DNA from: Tolypothrix carrinoi HA7290-LM1
Lineage (GTDB): Bacteria > Cyanobacteriota > Cyanobacteriia > Cyanobacteriales > Nostocaceae
Length of the DNA: 58,880 nt
Direction of reading: 5' to 3'
Assembly (NCBI GenBank): GCA_019358935.1
Contig: JAHHIK010000049.1
Location: 1 to 58,880, forward strand
In this document: piece by piece, positions 54,523 to 58,880 of the stretch
How positions within the stretch are numbered: the stretch's first letter is position 1
Layout of the letters: each line of letters starts with the position of its first letter
Position numbers and translations under genes: made by a program
Notes under the pieces: generated by a model
Database searches by the model: none
Told to the model about the DNA's origin: nothing
What the model saw: the letters and a program-made list of their open reading frames with translations, nothing else

Positions 54523-54830
54523 TGACCAAAAAGGGTGTGGGGTGTGGGGGAGCCAGTGCCGTGCGTATTTTCCCCCCGTTGAGGCATCTGGCGTTGTGGG
54601 GTGTGGGGTTGCAGGTTTAGAACGTTCTCCCACACCCAACAGCGTCCTTGCCCCTATTTTTAAATATGGAAAATATTAAAGAAGATTTTACCAGACACGT
54701 AGTGGGATAAAATCAGCGCGGAGCCGGAGCCGCGGAGCCTCCGGTCCATGTTTGAAACCCCTGATTTTAATTATGGGGTTCCTACACCCTACCCCCTACC
54801 CCCTACACCCTATACCCTCTTCATGGTGAT
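54523..54830. mobile_element. MITE-like element (GGGTGTG/TACACCC ends) with nested small repeats
   Basis: Inverted heptamer ends; the internal GGAGCCAGTGCCGTGCG..TTGAGGCATCTGGCGT unit recurs near 58820. Confidence 0.6.
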
Positions 54831-55212
54831 TTTTGTAGCGACATTGTTTTTATGTCATCAACTGAAAAAATGCCCAAACTAATTTTTGCATACAAGTTAA
54901 CAGATTTAACGACTATCTAGAATCGCAATATTAGACCAAACCACCGCAAGAATAGATAAGACAGGCGCGATCGCTTTCGTTGTAACCTCATCTAAACTGT
55001 TGATGCCAAAGCGCGATCGCGAATCATGCTAAGAAACAACCCAAACTCATTGCTTGATCGTCCGAGTTTTGATCTTGACTATTAGACATCTCCGAAAATG
55101 AACTATGCGTTGTCCACAACCCTTGTAGAGACGCGACCGATCGCGTCTCTACATTGTTTTCCGGAGATGTCTATTAAAGTTTTAAGCTTCATCTTTCACG
55201 CAAGGAAAAACT

Positions 55213-55550
55213 ATGACTGCAAAACCTACTGTATTAGTTGTTGGTTCTACCGGGATGCTCGGTGCTAAAATTATTTCTGCCCTGCTCGACAAAAAAACTA
55301 CCAACGTCAAAGCAATGGTGCGCCCTAACAGCGACAGCGATACAGAGAATCGCGAAAAAATTGAACAGATGAAAGCGAAGGGTGCAACAATTGTAGAAGG
55401 CGACTTGATGAAACCGGAAACACTCCTTCAAGTTTGTGAAGGTGTAGACGTGGTTGTTTCTGCCGTGGGCAACAATCAAGTAACTGTACCAGGGCAGAAA
55501 AATTTAATTGATGCAGCTAAACAGCAAGGTGTCAAGCGGTTTATTCCTTC
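55213..55550 (+). pseudogene. 5' part of an NmrA/isoflavone-reductase-like oxidoreductase, interrupted after ...KRFIPS
   Basis: VLVVGSTGMLG Rossmann motif, GVDVVVSAVG, NLIDAAK..GVKRFIPS then an abrupt stop; the family normally continues (D/E)(Y/F) to about 300 aa. Confidence 0.88.
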
Positions 55551-56758
55551 ACTCTAGATAAATCATTTTGACTAACTCTTTAAATAGTAGCTTTGCAGAA
55601 GAAGGCGGATATGCGCGATCGCACTAATCGCACTCCTCGACCGGCAGCTTTTTCAGCGTCCAACTGAGCTTTAAGCGTTGCACCGATCTCATTATCAAGG
55701 CGGCAGCGCTTAATCTCAATGCGAGTGAAAACCCACTTGCCTCTGGCGATACGGCACAAATCAGAACCACCGACAATTTTAATTTTACTTTTATCACCAG
55801 ACGCTTCCAGGGACGGTGCAAGCTAAGCGAGACTTCTGAAACCGGCGTAACGAAAGGTAGCGTTTAGTTGGCTTTCCAGACTTTCGACTAAGAGCGAATC
55901 CTGACTTCTGGCTTACCGTCAGCGCCAAAGTAATTTTCCACCGGGTAAATTTGGGAGAGGATGATTGACTCAAGCCGTATGCCGAAACCAAAAGCCTTAA
56001 AAACCTGGCGGTAAGCGGTGAACTTTAAGTCAGTCAAAAGTTGCTGTAATTCCACTTCAATGCTGTATTCCTCTCGCTGCAAGTCACACAACCGTTTTGC
56101 GATCTGGTCGAACCGTGCTAGTGATGCCCAATCCGACAGAGCGATCGCGCAAACCGTCATATCGCTTGGATGAGCGTTCGCCACACAACCATCCCCACAG
56201 CAGCGGTACATCACCATCAATTGTCCGGCGGGATTTTATATGCGCTACCTCTCTTAACTGCCACGCCAAGTCAGTAGCGCAACCGATTGATGATTGGCGA
56301 CTGTACCCGGTTGAGGTGAGCAAGCCGCAGCACCAGTTCCCGGATGCGGGTTGTGGTGAAGTCCCGAATCTGGACAAAGCGCTTGGGGGAATCGCAGTAA
56401 TCAAAGTAGTAGCACGCCAGGGCTAGAGCATCGGCATCATCATCTTTATCCGGTAAACTTAACTGGTGTTCCCGGTAATTTCTCAACTCTTTGTGTCCCA
56501 CGAGCCTGATTTCGATTTCGGCACGGGCTAAATGTGTACCCCTTCATACGCGAGTAATTTACACCAGTCGGTTCCATAATTGCAATATCCGGTTTTAGCG
56601 CCAACAGTGCTTTTATGCCCTCACTGTTGGCGCTAAACAACATAAACGGACATTCGGGCGGAAAATTGACGTGGTTCCGAGGGCTTATTTTCAAGCAAGC
56701 AGGCGGAAACTGAGGACTTGCTGACATCAAGTCCCAAAATTCTTTTATTTTGTTGCAT
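55549..56758 (-). pseudogene. IS110-family (DEDD/Piv-like) recombinase with several frameshifts and stops
   Basis: Reconstructed across frames: MQQNKRILGLDVSK, IMEPTG, KDDDADA (DEDD tetrad), APSLEASGD (catalytic Ser motif), C-terminus AKLLFKELVKMIYLE* ending at TGA 55551-55549. Confidence 0.9.
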
Positions 56759-56796
56759 TGGGTGTGGTTGTTGGTTATTAATTAGTCCCGTATAAA

Positions 56797-56965
56797 AGCC
56801 TATGAATCACCCAAAGGCGCAAATAGCCTAGTTCACTCTCAAGGCTGTGTCGGAGTTGGCGCTCTGACACTACGAGGGGAAACTGTAGAAAGTGCAGTAA
56901 CCGAGCTTATGAAGGAATAAAAGCGATTATGCTTGATTCTGACTAAAAACCCTAAGTTACTGCAC
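56797..56965 (-). ncRNA. Putative bridge RNA: target-binding loop 56892-56965, donor-binding loop 56797-56846 (5' end may extend to about 57050)
   Basis: Two parallel internal loops, [guide-GAA]-N2-hairpin-[guide-UUC]-AU; exact 12-nt and 8-nt matches to the junction at 55540-55555; upstream of and co-directional with the recombinase. Confidence 0.82.
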
Positions 56966-57043
56966 GTTATCACAGGCGCTCTTATTTGGACGATTAGCCG
57001 CGACTCCCCAACGTGGGGGAGCAAGAATCTAAAGAATCTGAAT

Positions 57044-57081
57044 AAAGCCGTCCCCGCCTTTTGCGGTAGGGACGGCTTTTT
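57044..57081. terminator. Strong hairpin, possibly a bidirectional terminator
   Basis: AAAGCCGTCCC...GGGACGGCTTTTT. Confidence 0.65.
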
Positions 57082-57142
57082 AATGGGTGCGGTCACTGTG
57101 AGGAGTGCGATCGCACTCCAAAGCAATATATCAACCAAAATT

Positions 57143-57394
57143 ATGGAACCAAGCCAGGAGATAGCATTTATTGAAGCTGCCAAGGTCAGCAAACTAGCCC
57201 AAGCAACCGAACAAGCGGCAGTTGAGCTAACTGAATTTATCGATTTCGTCCAGTATCACAACCCGGAAGTCGATAGAGCCACCGCTACAATGACGACTGC
57301 GTTTTGCTTGCACAATCTGCGTACTGCTTTTCTAGAGGAACCAGAGATGATGCAGGAGTTGAGCGCGATCGCACGCTCGTTTTCTCAAGGATAA
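57143..57394 (+). CDS. Small hypothetical cargo protein
   Basis: 83-aa helical ORF from MEPSQEIA, followed by a hairpin at 57401-57440. Confidence 0.6.
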   Translation: MEPSQEIAFIEAAKVSKLAQATEQAAVELTEFIDFVQYHNPEVDRATATMTTAFCLHNLRTAFLEEPEMMQELSAIARSFSQG

Positions 57395-57539
57395 AAAATT
57401 AAAAAGCCTCCCAGAACTTTAGCAAAGACGGGCGGCTTTTATCAAGTTGATTGAACTACAGGTACTTACGTATCTGCTTAATCGGTTCACAAACTTCCAA
57501 TCATTTCAATCAAACTTTTGTAATTATGCTTTTGTAATT

Positions 57540-58542
57540 ATGCCACAAAATCAATTAATCTCTTTCCCCAATCGTGAAAATAAAGTTTCAGTAAAGTACA
57601 ACAAACCTCATTGCATTATCCCTATATCAGACATTACATGGGTAACGCAACAAGTAAAAGCAGTTCAAACATTGTGGAATGAATGTTGGGTATCAGACCC
57701 ATTTGGCAGTCGATGGGAAAAGCTGTCAACTAACCTCACAGAAACAGCATTTAGGTTAGCTAGAAAGATTTTATACACAGCTGGACTATTTGAATTTAAG
57801 CGCGATACCTGCATACATGACAGTCGAAAAACAGCAGGCTGGTTAGTAATTAATCTTCATGGCGCTAGAAGAATTAAAGACTTTTGGCATCGCGAAGAAG
57901 CTGAAATTATATCCGACACAAACACGGCGATATCCGACATAAACACGGCGATATCCGACACAAACACGGCGATATCCGACACAAACACGGCGATATCCGA
58001 CACAAACACGGCGATATCCGACACAAAATCAACGGTGTTTCTGTCCGAAACCCCTGAATTATCAAGGCATAAAGAGCCTCTCAGTAGTATTTCAATATCT
58101 TCTTCCGGAACTTCTTTGAGAAGTTCCTGAAGAAGAAGTACCCACTCGGCACGAGCTTTTAGAGAAAGCTCGTGCTCGTGGGGGAAAGATAGGTGAGAAG
58201 TTAGCCAAAATTCTAGAAACTTGCTTTAAACACGCAGACGGGTGGACTCCAACTATGAAACAGACCATTTCTGACATCTTTCATCACAGATACAGATGGA
58301 AAATTGACGACAGGCGGCTTGAATTAGTCTCTAACCTTGACGAATTCTCTCTACAAACATTTCTCTCCAGATTTAAATTTGTCTGGTCAGACCAGGGTAT
58401 GAGCGCCCCTAGGACTTTTGATCGGGCAATGCGTGACTTAACAGAAAACCGCTTTATTGGAGGAGATATCAAACTGCAAATACAAAGTTTTCTGCTTGAC
58501 TTATCGCAACCTCAAGAAAAGCAAGTGGCTTTTAATAGCTGA
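57540..58542 (+). pseudogene. Possible replication-initiator-like protein, frameshifted near 58090-58130
   Basis: wHTH-like N-terminus (LTETAFRLARKILYTAGLFEF), repeat linker, open frame continuing into the 58255-58542 ORF; function inferred from architecture only. Confidence 0.45.
57909..58027 (+). repeat. About 5.6 x 21-bp tandem repeat ATATCCGACACAAACACGGCG
   Basis: Units at 57909, 57930, 57951, 57972, 57993 and 58014 (partial). Confidence 0.95.
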
Positions 58543-58610
58543 TTCTGCCTCGTAAAGAAAAAACCGCCACTCGCAATGGCGGCTGATTAAAAAACCTCGA
58601 ATTATAAATT

Positions 58611-58880
58611 ATGCATCAACCAAAGCAATTGCAGCTGTTTGACTTTCCTACTCAGCCTCAAATTAAGGTAATTCACGATCCTTACTGGGATGAACTGGAG
58701 GCACAAGCCGATGATATTGTTGAACAGGCATTTTTAAGCATCAATGCCGAGGATGAAATTTTCGACGTTGACCAAGCCCCGAGTCTCGCGGGGTGTGGAA
58801 GAAGGGTGTGGGGTGTGGGGGAGCCAGTGCCGTGCGGGGGTGGAGTCCTGTTGAGGCATCTGGCGTTGTCGGGTGTGGAA
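58611..58880 (+). CDS. Hypothetical cargo protein, hit by a repeat element near 58790 and cut by the window edge
   Basis: MHQPKQLQLFDF...HDPYWDELE, then GGGTGTGG repeats. Confidence 0.5.
   Translation, partial: MHQPKQLQLFDFPTQPQIKVIHDPYWDELEAQADDIVEQAFLSINAEDEIFDVDQAPSLAGCGRRVWGVGEPVPCGGGVLLRHLALSGVE

Larger units (their letters stand above)
55551..58880. mobile_element. Integrated element (at least 3.3 kb, continues past the window) with IS110-family recombinase, bridge-like RNA and cargo
   Basis: Sharp junction in nmrA, recombinase abutting the junction, guide matches, no second junction or nmrA 3' half in the window. Confidence 0.8.

Noticed and set aside
57026..57034. ATCTAAAG as a donor guide (7/8 match to the element end)
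   Set aside because: Not in register with the core and not in a loop with the shared layout; the exact match at 56832-56839 explains the donor end better.
56845..57081. Reading the structured region as a + strand RNA ending at the 57044-57081 hairpin
   Set aside because: Some stems have G-U pairs only on +, but guide polarity, loop order and the GGGUUU/AAGCUC stem fit the IS110 model only on the minus strand. Strand is not proven and an antisense transcript is possible.
56839..57142. ORF 56839-57192 (-) and the 5' extension of ORF 56933-57394 (+)
   Set aside because: They overlap the structured RNA and hairpin and show no recognisable protein features.

Overview
Chromosomal window from a filamentous cyanobacterium, probably Nostocales (frequent HIP1 GCGATCGC octamers, heptameric STRR repeats, small palindromic repeats). 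Most of it is core or semi-core genes: thrC, SLH-porin, glycosyltransferases, ParA, ileS, ycf66, gnd, Ser/Thr kinases, hliP, cbiD, iscS, several Uma2 nucleases, TA pairs and AraC regulators. The best finding is at the right end, where an NmrA-family gene is cut at 55550 by an element of at least 3.3 kb. At its edge is a decayed IS110-family (DEDD) recombinase preceded by a two-loop RNA with bridge-RNA architecture. Two of its four guides match the visible junction exactly. A third spells the missing nmrA codons and the fourth predicts the far element end, so an RNA-guided recombinase appears to have acted as integrase for a cargo-carrying, replicon-like element. At the left end is a three-copy tandem array (period about 589 bp) of an unidentified structured non-coding RNA with covarying stems and terminators. 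Also notable are an RcaD-like/ATPase/exonuclease-nuclease-FtsK operon, an HTH-ClpN-Uma2 fusion with four operator-like sites, and a split domain-inverted photolyase. All family calls come from motif recognition by eye; no searches were run.
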